64,000 bases of DNA from Gemmatimonadota bacterium (GCA_039589275.1 JBDHHP010000010.1:15-64014), one strand, 5' to 3'. Positions 34,063-44,834 are shown, counted from the stretch's first letter. The notes: generated by a model not told the origin, from the sequence alone. A program made the numbers and translations.

Positions 34063-35958
34063 TCAACCGCTGTCAACCGGATTCAGGACCTTGTCAGCCG
34101 CCGGTCCCAGCCCCCTCGTGTCACCATCTCGCCGGGTGAGAGACATCCCATCCATCCATTCCAACACTGGTATCAGATGCTTTCGTGTCAGGCCGGTTTC
34201 CTCCCTCAATTGGGCCGGCGAGGCCCTACCTGCCTGGTCGACCACACGCAGAATCTGCAGCAAGAGTCGATCCAGTGCTCCTCGGTTGTAGTACCGCTCC
34301 TTGGCCACCCTCACAACCTCACCGCTTCGCACGTAGAACTCCACCAAATCGCGCGAAACCGTCCCACCGATCCCTGCCTCCAACTCACTGAGCGACCGAC
34401 CCTTGGGTCCGGCGCCGTCCAGTTGCGCCAGGATCTTGCTGCCGAGGCCAGCCTGTTCGTACGAGGGTCGAGGAACGTGCTCGACCAGCCTGGCTGTCTT
34501 GCCCTCGATAGCGATTTGGCCGCAATCGCTCAATGCCTGCAGTACATGGTCGGCAATACCCTCGTCTCGCAGCGCCTGCCTTATCAGCCCCCGCGGCATC
34601 CCCGGATCGAGTGGCCTCTTTATGTGATACTCTGTCAACAGCCGCAATGTTGCAGCTTCAGAATCCGTCAGCACAGCACGAGACACCAAACGGCCCGCGG
34701 CCCTGACGGCCTCCCTTGCCGATTCCACCACCGCGCCCGCCTCACCCGGTGTCAGACCTACTCGGACGGACAGCTCACTGACATCCAGTCCCCGCAACCC
34801 TGCACCCAACACGAACGCTTCCAGCCGCTTCGTCGCCTCGGCGGCCGCCTTAGCCGGAAGATCCACTGGGCGTCTCGGCCGGGAAGGTGGCCAAGGGTCG
34901 ACAACTACACAGCCACCTATCGTCGTCATTGGCGAATAGGACCGAATTACGGCTCTATCGCCCCAGCGACATACCAGCGGCACCTCGAGCCGCAGTCGAG
35001 CTCCGGCCGGCACGCCCGGCACTATCTCCCCGGTCGCCGGCGTGACACGTGCCATCACCTCAGCCGTACCGAGGTGAAGCCGAACGCGTGACCGTTGGGT
35101 CAGCGGTTTGGCGCCGGGCAACAGTGTCACCACCGCATCAACTGCGGTGCTCTCGCGCCAGGACGAATCAGATACTACCACATGTCCTCGGGCCAGCTCT
35201 CCGCGACCCAGGCCTACGAGAGCCAAAGCGGTGCGGCGTCCAGGAAGCGCAGCCTCATGCGACACACCGTGTACTTCCACTGCGCGGACCCTGGCTTTCT
35301 GTTTGCCAGGCAACACCCGAACATCTTCGCCAACTGTTACGGAGCCGCTCCAAGTGGTGCCGGTGATCACCGTTCCCGCTCCCGACACACTGAAAACGCG
35401 ATCCACCGGCATACGGAACAGGTCCTGCTGCGACCGGACCGCTGACTCAGTCGCCGCTGAAGCCAGAGCCGCTCGCAATTCGTCGCCGCCCAGATCCGTG
35501 ACGGCGGAGGTCCGCACAGTCGCCTTCCATTGGACGGATGATGCCTCTAGCCGCTCAGCGATGTCGGCCTCGACCAGCTCCAGCCATTCATCTTCGACCA
35601 GGTCACACTTGGTGATCGCGGCCACGCCCGCTCGCACGCCAAGCAGCTCCAGGATCGCGAGATGTTCGTTCGTCTGGGGCATCATTCCCTCGTCGGCGGC
35701 CACAACCAGTAGCGCAACATCGATCCCGGTCGCCCCGGCCACCATGTTGCGCACGAAATCCTCGTGACCCGGCACGTCGACGATACTAGCAGTGAGATCG
35801 GACGCGAGTGGCAGCACCGCAAACCCAAGATCGATCGTTATCCCACGACGCTTCTCTTCCTCCCAGCGATCGGTATCGGTTCCGGTGAGCGACTTCACCA
35901 GGGCCGTCTTGCCATGATCGATATGTCCGGCCGTGCCGATTACTACATGTCGTTCCAA
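34063..35958 (-). CDS. selB: Selenocysteine-specific translation elongation factor
   Basis: [56 protein letters not shown] long C-terminal winged-helix extension is typical of SelB. Confidence 0.9.
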   Translation of the reverse strand: MERHVVIGTAGHIDHGKTALVKSLTGTDTDRWEEEKRRGITIDLGFAVLPLASDLTASIVDVPGHEDFVRNMVAGATGIDVALLVVAADEGMMPQTNEHLAILELLGVRAGVAAITKCDLVEDEWLELVEADIAERLEASSVQWKATVRTSAVTDLGGDELRAALASAATESAVRSQQDLFRMPVDRVFSVSGAGTVITGTTWSGSVTVGEDVRVLPGKQKARVRAVEVHGVSHEAALPGRRTALALVGLGRGELARGHVVVSDSSWRESTAVDAVVTLLPGAKPLTQRSRVRLHLGTAEVMARVTPATGEIVPGVPAGARLRLEVPLVCRWGDRAVIRSYSPMTTIGGCVVVDPWPPSRPRRPVDLPAKAAAEATKRLEAFVLGAGLRGLDVSELSVRVGLTPGEAGAVVESAREAVRAAGRLVSRAVLTDSEAATLRLLTEYHIKRPLDPGMPRGLIRQALRDEGIADHVLQALSDCGQIAIEGKTARLVEHVPRPSYEQAGLGSKILAQLDGAGPKGRSLSELEAGIGGTVSRDLVEFYVRSGEVVRVAKERYYNRGALDRLLLQILRVVDQAGRASPAQLREETGLTRKHLIPVLEWMDGMSLTRRDGDTRGLGPAADKVLNPVDSG

Positions 35959-36704
35959 GGCAGTGCCTCCCAGAAGCTGAGTGCCTTGAGTTCATGCTCT
36001 TCCGCTAAGTGTCGCCTAACGAACCTGGCAAGCAACCGACGGTGCGCCGCGGCGTGTCGCTGGGAGAGCGTTGGCCTCGATTCACGTTCGTCGACCAGCA
36101 ACCGCTCCAGTGCCGCGCGGTCCTCGGGTTGGAGAGTAGGACCTGAGCCGGTTGCGGCGCAGGTGGCACACAGGAACCCTCCGTCAGCCACCGAGAACTT
36201 GGCAGCTCCTGCGGGCAACTGTCGCCCGTCGCGAGCGCAGCCGTCCAGCGACGGAGTGAAGCCGAGCACCCCTACAACCTGCCAGAGCACCGACAGAGCC
36301 TCCGCATCGATTTGTTCATCGGTGACAGCCTCGAGGCGATCCAACGCCGACACCAAGTGATCGTACACCAGCGGATTTGCCTCAGCGGGCGCTGTCCTCA
36401 TGATCAACTCGGCCAAGGCAGTCGCGGCCGCATAGCGCCGGATGTCCCTAGCCAGGTCGCCGCGCTGCCTACTGACGTCGAACTCGGCGAGCGTGTGCAG
36501 CTCTCGATTTGCTTTGACGTAGATCTGCGCAACACCCTCACTGAGCAGCTGCAGTGTAGCTCCGAACTTGCTCTTGGGTCGTAGCGCCCCCTTTGCGACA
36601 GCGCTCTGAACGCCCAAATCCCGAGTCAACAGCCGCACGATCTTAGAAGACTCTGAGTACTTGAAAGAGTGGAGGACGATTGCTTGCGTTGAGACTGGGG
36701 GCAT
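35943..36704 (-). CDS. recO: DNA repair protein RecO
   Basis: AIVLHSFKYSESSKIVRLLTRDLGVQSAVAKGALRPKSKFG is the OB-fold N-terminus. A CxxC-containing C-terminal region (FLCATCAA) follows. The 3' end overlaps the selB start by 16 nt. Confidence 0.85.
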   Translation of the reverse strand: MPPVSTQAIVLHSFKYSESSKIVRLLTRDLGVQSAVAKGALRPKSKFGATLQLLSEGVAQIYVKANRELHTLAEFDVSRQRGDLARDIRRYAAATALAELIMRTAPAEANPLVYDHLVSALDRLEAVTDEQIDAEALSVLWQVVGVLGFTPSLDGCARDGRQLPAGAAKFSVADGGFLCATCAATGSGPTLQPEDRAALERLLVDERESRPTLSQRHAAAHRRLLARFVRRHLAEEHELKALSFWEALPWNDM

Positions 36705-36736
36705 GGTGGAAAGATAGACAAGACGGTCGCAGACGG

Positions 36737-38704
36737 TCAGAACTTCCCAAACCTCCCCCCAACAAGGATCACCCTTCCCCGCGCAGGAAACCCCACCACC
36801 TCCTGATAATTCCGATCGAACAGGTTCTCGACCCGCGCCGTCAGGCGCAGGCCCGGGAACTGACCGCGGCTCCGCAACACAATCAGCTCGCCCGCCAGAT
36901 CGACTTTGGTGTACGCCGGCAACTCTACCCGCTCGACCGGAGAACTCGAGAAGTCACGATCTTCTCGGTTGCCCACGTGATGAATGCTGAAAGCCAGGTT
37001 GCCTAGGCCCGGCGCACTGTACCGAACGTTCAAGCCGGCACGATGTGTCGGTCGCCTCAGCAACCGTTCTCCCTCGACAAAACCAGCATCAGGACCCGTG
37101 TCCAGTCCGGCATCTGTTACCTCGGTGTGCAGGTACGTGTAGTTCGACCTCAGCGAGAACCAGGAGGACATCAGGACGCGCGCCTCCAACTCAACGCCAG
37201 CTGAACGAGCCGCGGCAACGTTCACGTAGTTCGGATCTCCCTGGTCGGCGGGCGCAGCGTCGTACTGGATCAGATCTTCGAACCGCTGATCGAAATACGT
37301 TGCGCCCAACGTGATTGTGCGTCCATGAAGCTGCTGCTCGAATCCTGCGTCCAAGCTGGTAGACCGCTCGGGTTCGAGATCCGGGTTGCCGACGACGAAA
37401 GGGCTGTTGGCGAAGTTCTCGAAGAACGTAGGCTCCTTGAATCCGCGCCCCACTGAGCCGCGCAAAACGCTGCCCGATCCCAACCGGGCCGTAGCTCCTC
37501 CACGGTACGTGACGAACGTCCCGAACGTCTCGCTGTCATCGACTCGCAGCCCGCCGACCAGTGTCGTCTGCCGTGAGGGCTCCAGCTGCAATTGGGCGTA
37601 GTAACCGCGTGTCGTGCGCTCCACATCAACCGAGTCCACCGACGCCCCAAACTGGCTCAATGACTCACTGCTACTTCCCTCGCTTTGTCTCTCGATCTGA
37701 ACGCCCGCTGTGGCCGTCGCTGCCGGAACCAGGTAGAAGTTGGCGCGCAGATCCGCACTGCCGCGACTCACAACTCCATCGCTCACGAAGGCGTAGAAAC
37801 CCAGTGTGTCAGCAGAGTTGTCCAGTCGATCGTCTATGCCTCCCGCTGATCGGTTGAGCGTAAACAGAGCCAGCCCTTGAACCGCCTGCTTTACAAACCG
37901 GCTGACCTCCAGTGACGCAGATATTCGCTCGCGCGCCTGGAAGGCGTTTCGATCTACGATCAAACCCGATCCGTCCGTCGGATAGTGGAACTCACTATCG
38001 CCGTATCGCGCCGACAGGGTGGCAGTGGTTCGCTCGTCCGGGTGCGCTGAGACGCTGCCACTGAGCACCAGGTTGTTGTACTCACTGTTGAATTCGTGAA
38101 TTCCGTCTGTCCCGGAACGCCTGATGCCCAGACCGAAGCTGACTGTCTCACTCCCGCCATTTGCATACGCGTCCACCAGGAGCGACGAGTGCGTTCCGCC
38201 TCGTACGCCAGCTCCGTACTCGGGCTTGCCACGTCCCTTCCTGGTAAAGATCTGCACGACCCCGGCCATCGCGTCTGACCCGTACAACACGCTGGCTGGT
38301 CCCCGCACGATTTCGACGCGCTCGATGTTGTCCAGTGAAAGATCCGCGAAATCGTAAGCGCCACCCGGCTCGTTCACCGCCGCACCGTCAATCAAGACTT
38401 TCACGTAATCGCTTTCGCCGCCACGCACAAACAGCGATGTGGTACTACCATAGGACCCGCTCTCGACAACACCGACGCCGGCGAGCATTCGTAGTGCTTC
38501 CGACACACTGCTCACACCCTGCATCCGCAGCTCGCTACCGTCGATGACAGAAACTGCAGTTGGAACGGATGAGCGGAGCACGGGCAGCCTAGTTGCAGTG
38601 ACAACTACCGGGTCCAAAATGGTAGTGTCCGGAGCCTGGCCCGAAACGGGAACGGCCGCCAATGACAACACCGATGCAAGAACGAGCAGACGGTTCTCTT
38701 TCAT
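36737..38704 (-). CDS. TonB-dependent receptor (BtuB-like, in the B12-riboswitch operon)
   Basis: Start at ATG 38704 (MKENRLLVLASVLSLAAVPVSGQ). TonB box DPVVVTATR, plug domain RVEIVRGPASVLYGSDAMAGVVQI, terminal ...RFGKF. Confidence 0.85.
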   Translation of the reverse strand: MKENRLLVLASVLSLAAVPVSGQAPDTTILDPVVVTATRLPVLRSSVPTAVSVIDGSELRMQGVSSVSEALRMLAGVGVVESGSYGSTTSLFVRGGESDYVKVLIDGAAVNEPGGAYDFADLSLDNIERVEIVRGPASVLYGSDAMAGVVQIFTRKGRGKPEYGAGVRGGTHSSLLVDAYANGGSETVSFGLGIRRSGTDGIHEFNSEYNNLVLSGSVSAHPDERTTATLSARYGDSEFHYPTDGSGLIVDRNAFQARERISASLEVSRFVKQAVQGLALFTLNRSAGGIDDRLDNSADTLGFYAFVSDGVVSRGSADLRANFYLVPAATATAGVQIERQSEGSSSESLSQFGASVDSVDVERTTRGYYAQLQLEPSRQTTLVGGLRVDDSETFGTFVTYRGGATARLGSGSVLRGSVGRGFKEPTFFENFANSPFVVGNPDLEPERSTSLDAGFEQQLHGRTITLGATYFDQRFEDLIQYDAAPADQGDPNYVNVAAARSAGVELEARVLMSSWFSLRSNYTYLHTEVTDAGLDTGPDAGFVEGERLLRRPTHRAGLNVRYSAPGLGNLAFSIHHVGNREDRDFSSSPVERVELPAYTKVDLAGELIVLRSRGQFPGLRLTARVENLFDRNYQEVVGFPARGRVILVGGRFGKF

Positions 38705-38727
38705 GCTGTTGTCTCTCTTCACAGCGA

Positions 38728-39540
38728 TCATATGGGGTCTCTTCCGGTCTCTCCACGTTTGAGCGGTATGAACTGTGGCACGTCGCCCCATTGTGTCATA
38801 GCCACGGGCCAGCCAAACACGTCCTCCAGCACCTCGCGCGTGAGCACGTCGTTGGGTTCCCCCATCGCACGCGCCCGACCCCGGTCCATGACTATCAATC
38901 GATCCACGTAGCGGGCAGCGAGGTTGACGTGATGCGTTACCAGAACGCCTGTGAGGCCACGTTCGCGCACGAGCTGCGTGGTCAACTCGAACACCTCCAT
39001 CTCATGACGCACGTCGAGGTTAGCCGTGGCTTCATCCAGCGCGAGTACTTGTGGATCCTGCGCCAGAGCCCTCGCGATACGTACTCGCTGCCATTCACCA
39101 CCTGACAATGTGCCCACCCACCTCTCGCTCAATTCAGCCGCATCGCATCGCTCTAAGGCCCTTTCCACGACTGAGAGGTCGTGACCGCTGGGTGCGCCGA
39201 GTGCTCCCAGATGCGGGTAGCGTCCGAATAGCACAGCTTGATGCACTCGCAGGGGGAAAGCCGGTTCCTCGCGTTGCGAAACGACGCCGATCCGCTGAGC
39301 CAGGTCGCGGCGCTTCCATTCGTGTGCCGGCTTACCGAAGGCCAGTGCACGACCCCCGGCGGGCTTCAAGGCCCCCAATAGCAGTCGAAGCAGCGTGGTC
39401 TTGCCACTGCCGTTTGGACCGACCAAACCGACCAGCTCTCCCGCCGACACACTCACGTCCACGCCGTCGACCACAGCGCGTCCCGCGGCTCCAGGATACA
39501 TGTACGAGAGGCTCAGCGCCTCGAAGATCACTTCGCCCAT
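38728..39540 (-). CDS. ABC transporter ATP-binding protein (iron-siderophore/cobalamin FecE/BtuD type)
   Basis: Only the last 270 codons of the 618-aa track ORF look real. MGEVIFEALSLSY..., Walker A GPNGSGKTTLL, signature LSGGEWQR, Walker B VLALDEAT. Confidence 0.85.
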   Translation of the reverse strand: MGEVIFEALSLSYMYPGAAGRAVVDGVDVSVSAGELVGLVGPNGSGKTTLLRLLLGALKPAGGRALAFGKPAHEWKRRDLAQRIGVVSQREEPAFPLRVHQAVLFGRYPHLGALGAPSGHDLSVVERALERCDAAELSERWVGTLSGGEWQRVRIARALAQDPQVLALDEATANLDVRHEMEVFELTTQLVRERGLTGVLVTHHVNLAARYVDRLIVMDRGRARAMGEPNDVLTREVLEDVFGWPVAMTQWGDVPQFIPLKRGETGRDPI

Positions 39541-40508
39541 TGTCTGACCAGGACCACGAACACGGGTACTCCGATCAGCGCTGTCACAACACCGACCGGA
39601 AGTGTCAGAGGGGCGAAGGCCGTACGCGCCACCGCATCGGCGATCACCAAGAGCACGCCTCCGAGGAGAAACGCTGCAGGGAGCAGAGTCCGGTGGAGAT
39701 GTCCCCATGCGATTCGGATGGCGTGCGGCACTACCAGGCCGACGAAACCGATGATCCCGGACACGGAGACAGCGACGGCAGTGAGCAGTGACGCCGCGAG
39801 GAATAGGACACGCTTGAGCTGCTCGACGTCCGCACCGAGGAAGCTCGCCGGCTCCTCGCCTAATGACAGCAGGTCGAGCGGGCGGCTGAAACGATACAGA
39901 ACGACCAAAGGCACTGCGGCGTATGCAGTGAATACGCCCACCGCATGCCACGATGCTGTGTCGAATCCACCCAAGAGCCATAACAGGGCGTTCCTCACTT
40001 CCGGTGCCGGCGAAACCGCCATGATGGCACCCATTAGCGAAGCCGCGAACGCGCCTACCACGACGCCGGACAGCAGAAGCACACGCGTATCCAGCACGCT
40101 GCCGCTCACGATCGCGAGACGGTAGACCAGCGCGACGGCAAGCAACGCTCCAATCAGAGCAGCAAGAGGCACCGCCCACGCGCTGCCAATCCGCAACACG
40201 ATGGCCAGCACCGCCCCAAGCCCCGCGCCACCGGAGAGACCCAAGAGATAAGGATCGGCCAGCGGATTTCGCACTAGCGCCTGCAGAGCGGCACCCGTTA
40301 CCGCTAGACTTCCACCCACCACGAACGCCAGCAACACGCGTGGCAGTCTCAGGTCTCTGACGATGGCGACCGCCGCCTCGTCTCCGCGTCCACTTAGCCC
40401 TTCCCAGACAGCTGACATTGGCAGATGTGCTGGACCTACAGCCAGGCCAATTGCTACCGCCGCGACTGCTGCCAGCGACAACATCATCCACCTCTTCATT
40501 GGCGCCAC
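39528..40508 (-). CDS. FecCD/BtuC-family ABC permease
   Basis: 326 aa, about 9 TM segments. IVRDLRLPRVLLAFVVGGSLAVTGAALQALVRNPLADPYLLGLSGGAGLG is typical of FecCD. Confidence 0.85.
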   Translation of the reverse strand: MAPMKRWMMLSLAAVAAVAIGLAVGPAHLPMSAVWEGLSGRGDEAAVAIVRDLRLPRVLLAFVVGGSLAVTGAALQALVRNPLADPYLLGLSGGAGLGAVLAIVLRIGSAWAVPLAALIGALLAVALVYRLAIVSGSVLDTRVLLLSGVVVGAFAASLMGAIMAVSPAPEVRNALLWLLGGFDTASWHAVGVFTAYAAVPLVVLYRFSRPLDLLSLGEEPASFLGADVEQLKRVLFLAASLLTAVAVSVSGIIGFVGLVVPHAIRIAWGHLHRTLLPAAFLLGGVLLVIADAVARTAFAPLTLPVGVVTALIGVPVFVVLVRQWAK

Positions 40509-41377
40509 TCTGACAGCGCGGCCCGAAGGTGGCGGACAGCACCCGGAGCCCGAAACGAAGGACGATTGAACTCACTGCCTGCAACTATGACGAATCGACG
40601 TTCTCGGACGGAGGCTACAGACTGCCACTCGGGACGACCCGCCCAGGCTGGCACGCCGGAGTCGGATGCCACCAACACGATGTCGGGATTACGTTGCGCA
40701 ATAGCTTCGATGCTCGTGGTGAGCGACGGCCGATCGGAATCCCCGAACACGTTGCGCCCTCCGGCAAGCTCCACGATCTCACTGAGAAAGCTCTCAGATC
40801 CAATCACGATCGGGGGATTGTCCCAGGCGAGGATCAGGACCGAGGGATGCCACTCCTCCTGACCGACGGCATCAATTTGCGCTAGCTGAAGAGAGAGCTC
40901 GGCTACAAGTGTATCGGCCATTGCCTCGGTTTCGGTAAGCCGACCGAGCACATGAGCGGCACGCGCGAGGTCTGCCAACTTGTCTGTGCGGAGACTCACG
41001 GTGGCGATGTCGAGTGCCTCGAGCCTCGTTATCGCCGTTTCGTTAGAGGGAGAGGCATAAAAGACAACTAGATCGGGGCGCGCGGCCACTATCAGCTCGA
41101 CGTTGGGGCTGAGCCCGTCGCCGACGCTTGCTATTTCGGCGATCTGAGGCGGATAGTCCGCCCAGCGCGTGCGCCCGACGATCTTGATGCCCGCCCCAAG
41201 ATCGAAAAGAAGCTCCGTGGTGGAAGGGGCCAGCGAGACGATGCGCTGGAAATCCCTCTGGATAGGAAGGGGACGACCGGAGTCATCCCGCTCGGGCCCT
41301 GAAGAGTCGGTCTGCGGCGATACACACGCGATGGCCGACCCTAGAAGGGTCGCGAGGGCGAGCTTAGGACTCAGCAA
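40496..41377 (-). CDS. Periplasmic binding protein (BtuF/FhuD-like, class 8 SBP)
   Basis: Lipoprotein-like start (LLGSAIACVS). RIVSLAPSTTELLFDLGAGIKIVG is characteristic of cobalamin/siderophore binding proteins. Confidence 0.8.
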   Translation of the reverse strand: MLSPKLALATLLGSAIACVSPQTDSSGPERDDSGRPLPIQRDFQRIVSLAPSTTELLFDLGAGIKIVGRTRWADYPPQIAEIASVGDGLSPNVELIVAARPDLVVFYASPSNETAITRLEALDIATVSLRTDKLADLARAAHVLGRLTETEAMADTLVAELSLQLAQIDAVGQEEWHPSVLILAWDNPPIVIGSESFLSEIVELAGGRNVFGDSDRPSLTTSIEAIAQRNPDIVLVASDSGVPAWAGRPEWQSVASVRERRFVIVAGSEFNRPSFRAPGAVRHLRAALSEWRQ

Positions 41378-41465
41378 CGCTCACTCCTTCACTGCGGGAA
41401 GGATGTGAGCGACTGTCTCTAGCTATCTGGAGTGTTCGCTCCACCTTTCCCCCCCCACGAGGGAA

Positions 41466-41608
41466 TCCGTTGGTGGTGCGAGCGGGCACGTCTCCTGGCT
41501 TCGGGCATCGGCTCGCCTTCCCGGTTTCCCAGTGGCGACTGAGCCGAGGTTCAATCCCTCTTACAGTGGCGGGGCCGCGCCGGATTCACACCGGCTTCCG
41601 TAGGCCAC
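41466..41608 (-). promoter_or_regulatory. Cobalamin (B12) riboswitch
   Basis: Minus strand reads GGAAGCCGGTGTGAATCCGGCGCGGCCCCGCCACTGTAAGAGGG...GTCGCCACTGGGAAACCGGGAAGGCGAGCCGATGCCCGAAGCCAGGAGACGTGCCCGC. This contains the GGTG-GAATCC, GCCACTG and GGGAAGGC elements and the B12 box AGCCAGGAGAC-TGCC. It lies directly 5' of the binding-protein gene. Confidence 0.85.
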
Positions 41609-41619
41609 ACTCGCGCGAT

Positions 41620-41645
41620 CAGCTGTCAGCTGTCAGCTGTCAGCT
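41620..41645. repeat. (CAGCTGT)3.7 heptamer tandem repeat
   Basis: CAGCTGT CAGCTGT CAGCTGT CAGCT, located between ORF 41655-42845 and the riboswitch. Confidence 0.85.
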
Positions 41646-41654
41646 TGCCTGAAC

Positions 41655-42845
41655 TTACCTGCCTCCTCCTTCCTTCGCTAGCGCCGCGTTCAACTGCTGC
41701 TTGAGTGCGGTTCGGCGCTGTTCGTAATCGGTGCGTTCTCTTTCGCTCGCCTCTCCCTTGGCCTCGAACTCGGAGTCCAGCAGGGCGATCTGGGCGGCTA
41801 GGGCGTCAGACCCCGTTCCGTCTACCCGCGTCTTCGGCTTGCTGCGCTTCCGCATCCAAAGGAACAGCACCGTTGCTAAGGCCGCGGCCACGAAAAGTAC
41901 GATAATCCACTGGAGTTGTTGTGGTGAAAAAGGCGGCGGCGGAAGTAGGATAGTCACGACGGTATCGGCATCGAGACCACCGTCAGAGAAACGCCGATAC
42001 GACGATTCAGCTATTTCATCGACGCCGATGAACCTGAAGTCTGCCCCAGTCACCGTTGCGGTGCTGTCCTCCAGGAGAATGTGCATGCGATCCACATACC
42101 CAACCATGGTGATCGGGACTTCACGCGCACCGCGCGGCAGCAGATAGCTCAGCAATATCTGCTTCTGCCCTGGTGGAATCGGAGCTGCCACCGCAATCGA
42201 ACCGTCACGTAGGTATATCGCATCTGGACTGACGTCTGAATCCCCAATCTCCAACTGCATCGCTTGAAGAGGGAGTGCCGCCTGCCATACCGGAGTGCTG
42301 GTGTCAGCCGCGATTCTGGTGAACTTGCCACCGTTCTTCAGAGTGAACAGCTCAATCACGCGACGAGAACCATCGCTCCTGGCGGCTCGGACAATAGTAT
42401 TCCTGTCGCCAGTAAACACTCTCGGCTGAGTGTATGAGGTGTCGTAGACCGTCAGGGTTGAGGCGGAATCCACCGAGCGGCCAACCGGCACGAGCGGCCG
42501 AGAGAAGTATCCGATGTCGTCATACTCGACGCTCACCAGATACGTCGCCGTGGTATCAACTGGTTCCGCGAACAAGGCATAACGACCGGCTCTGTCGGTT
42601 TGACTGGAGTCGATCGGCTGACCGCTCTCCAGGGTTACCGAATGGAGCACGACCCTATGGCCAACGAGCGGCGCAGAACCGTCTCCACTAACGTGCTCCA
42701 CCGTCCCCGTCACGCGAAAACCCTGGGACACTCCCAGACCGGGAATACCCAGGGTCGTTAATGTCAGGAGCAGGTAGCTACGGAGTGAACTTCCCAAAGT
42801 CCTCAGGATCGAGGTTCTCGAGATATCTCTTGAGCGAGTCCTCAT
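41655..42845 (-). CDS. Hypothetical single-pass membrane protein with carboxypeptidase-regulatory-like beta-sandwich N-domain and cytoplasmic coiled-coil tail
   Basis: Signal peptide. FRVTGTVEHVSGDGSAPLVGHRVVLHSV...TDRAGRYALF is CarboxypepD_reg-like. TM segment WIIVLFVAAALATVLFLWM. Start is uncertain because the ORF overlaps the upstream gene by 68 nt. Confidence 0.5.
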   Translation of the reverse strand: MRTRSRDISRTSILRTLGSSLRSYLLLTLTTLGIPGLGVSQGFRVTGTVEHVSGDGSAPLVGHRVVLHSVTLESGQPIDSSQTDRAGRYALFAEPVDTTATYLVSVEYDDIGYFSRPLVPVGRSVDSASTLTVYDTSYTQPRVFTGDRNTIVRAARSDGSRRVIELFTLKNGGKFTRIAADTSTPVWQAALPLQAMQLEIGDSDVSPDAIYLRDGSIAVAAPIPPGQKQILLSYLLPRGAREVPITMVGYVDRMHILLEDSTATVTGADFRFIGVDEIAESSYRRFSDGGLDADTVVTILLPPPPFSPQQLQWIIVLFVAAALATVLFLWMRKRSKPKTRVDGTGSDALAAQIALLDSEFEAKGEASERERTDYEQRRTALKQQLNAALAKEGGGR

Positions 42846-43275
42846 CGGGCTCTCCCGGTTCGGTCATGCTGGACTCGACGGTGTCGATTGATGTGAGATC
42901 GAGCAGGTCATCCTCGGTGAAGATTGGCGCATCCAATCTCAGGGCCACAGCGATGCTGTCCGAAGGCCTGGCGTCCACTTGCACCACGTGGTCGTTGCGG
43001 TGGATCTGGAGCTCCGCGTAGTAAGTGTTCTCTTCGACACGAGTGATGATCACCCTGTTCAACTCCCCACCCAATCCCACAATGACCTGTTTGACCAGGT
43101 CATGTGTGAGCGGCCGCGAGAACTTCACGCCGGCCAGCTCCATGGCGATGGCGCTAGCTTCAGCTGGACCAATCCATATGGGAAGCACGCGTTCTCCATC
43201 CTTCTCCTGGAGTATTACTACGGGAGTGTTGGTAGAGCGATCCAGCCCGAGGTGGGCGACGCGCACTTCAATCAT
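42778..43275 (-). CDS. Bifunctional nuclease (DUF151/BFN) family protein
   Basis: Start at ATG 43275: MIEVRVAHLGLDRSTNTPVVILQEKDGERVLPIWIGPAEASAIAMELAGVKFSRPLTHDL. Confidence 0.75.
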   Translation of the reverse strand: MIEVRVAHLGLDRSTNTPVVILQEKDGERVLPIWIGPAEASAIAMELAGVKFSRPLTHDLVKQVIVGLGGELNRVIITRVEENTYYAELQIHRNDHVVQVDARPSDSIAVALRLDAPIFTEDDLLDLTSIDTVESSMTEPGEPDEDSLKRYLENLDPEDFGKFTP

Positions 43276-43314
43276 AAGGAACCCGATGCTCGCTCGTTCA
43301 GTCAATACCGTCGA

Positions 43315-44805
43315 TCAATAACGATAATGCTCCGGCTTATACGGCCCGTCCACTGGAACACCTATATACTGCGCCTGTTCCTCAGTCAATCGGGTCAGGG
43401 TTACGCCAAGGTGATCCAAGTGCAGTCGAGCGACTTCCTCATCCAGTTCCTTCGACAGCATGTAGACCTTGTTCTCGTACTCACTGCTCTTCCAGAGATC
43501 CAGTTGGGCCAAGACCTGATTGGTGAAGGAAGTGGACATCACGAAACTGGGGTGTCCCGTAGCGCATCCCAGGTTCAGGAGACGACCCTCCGCGAGCACC
43601 AGAACGCTGTGGCCATCAGCGAACACCCATTCGTCGTACTGGGGCTTGACGCTCACCTTCTCGATGCCAGAGACCTTCGCGAGCCCCGCCATGTCGATCT
43701 CGTTGTCGAAATGCCCGATGTTTCCGATGATGGCCTTGTTCTTCATCCGGGCCATGTGCTCTGCCGTGAGCACATGGAAGTTGCCAGTGGCCGTGATGAA
43801 TATGTCAGCTGTCTCGACCACGTCCTCAACTCGCTTGACCTCGTATCCTTCCATCGCCGCCTGAAGCGCAATGATAGGATCGATTTCAGTCACGATCACG
43901 CGACACCCTTGCCCGCGTAACGCCTGAGCACATCCCTTTCCGACCTCGCCGTATCCGCATACGACTGCGACCTTGCCACCGATCATTACATCAGAAGCGC
44001 GGTTGATGCCGTCGATCACGGAGTGACGGCAGCCGTATATGTTGTCAAACTTGCTTTTCGTGACCGAGTCATTGACGTTGATCGCAGGAAACAGCAACGA
44101 GCCCTCCTGCTCCATCTGGTACAGCCGATGCACTCCCGTGGTCGTCTCCTCGCTGACCCCACGAACTCGCGCGGCCACCTTCGCCCAACGACCGGGATTG
44201 TCTATCTGCTCTCGCCTGAGTGTTTCGAGTATGACACCCCACTCCTCAGGATCAGCATTCGAATCGAATGATGGTACCTCCCCGGCCCGTTCGTATTCTG
44301 CTCCCTTGTGTACCAGCAGTGTCGCGTCCCCTCCGTCGTCGACTATCAAATCAGGTCCCGACCCATCCGGCCACATCAGGGCCCGCGCCGTGCACTGCCA
44401 ATACTCTTCCAGAGTCTCACCCTTCCAGGCAAATACCGCTGAGCCGCGTGGGTTCTCCGGGGTCCCGTCCGGGCCAACCACTGCGGCGGCCGCGGCGTGA
44501 TCCTGTGTCGAGAAGATATTGCAGCTGACCCAACGCATGTCCGCACCCAATATTTCGAGGGTCTCGATCAACACAGCCGTTTGCACGGTCATGTGTAGAC
44601 TGCCCATGATCTTCGCTCCTTCGAGCGGTCTTTCAGCGGCATAGCGTGCGCGCAAGGCCATCAGGCCCGGCATTTCGTGCTCAGCTAAGCCAATCTCTCT
44701 GCGGCCCCACTCTGCGAGACTCAGGTCTTTGACCTGGTACTCCAAACCGCGAATCGCCTTTCTTTCAGCTGCAACTGTCGTCATAGAATCCTTGCCAGAG
44801 TTCAA
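43315..44805 (-). CDS. ahcY: Adenosylhomocysteinase
   Basis: [30 protein letters not shown]..., NAD site [20 protein letters not shown]-terminal PYKPEHYRY. Confidence 0.95.
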   Translation of the reverse strand: MNSGKDSMTTVAAERKAIRGLEYQVKDLSLAEWGRREIGLAEHEMPGLMALRARYAAERPLEGAKIMGSLHMTVQTAVLIETLEILGADMRWVSCNIFSTQDHAAAAAVVGPDGTPENPRGSAVFAWKGETLEEYWQCTARALMWPDGSGPDLIVDDGGDATLLVHKGAEYERAGEVPSFDSNADPEEWGVILETLRREQIDNPGRWAKVAARVRGVSEETTTGVHRLYQMEQEGSLLFPAINVNDSVTKSKFDNIYGCRHSVIDGINRASDVMIGGKVAVVCGYGEVGKGCAQALRGQGCRVIVTEIDPIIALQAAMEGYEVKRVEDVVETADIFITATGNFHVLTAEHMARMKNKAIIGNIGHFDNEIDMAGLAKVSGIEKVSVKPQYDEWVFADGHSVLVLAEGRLLNLGCATGHPSFVMSTSFTNQVLAQLDLWKSSEYENKVYMLSKELDEEVARLHLDHLGVTLTRLTEEQAQYIGVPVDGPYKPEHYRY

Positions 44806-44834
44806 GTGGCTTCAATCGCTGACGCCCGGGGGCG

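Noticed and set aside
39541-40584. N-terminal 348 residues of the 618-aa track ORF 38728-40584.
   Set aside because: This part overlaps the FecCD permease gene in another frame and is Arg/Gly/Cys-rich nonsense. The ABC ATPase homology starts at MGEVIF (ATG 39540).
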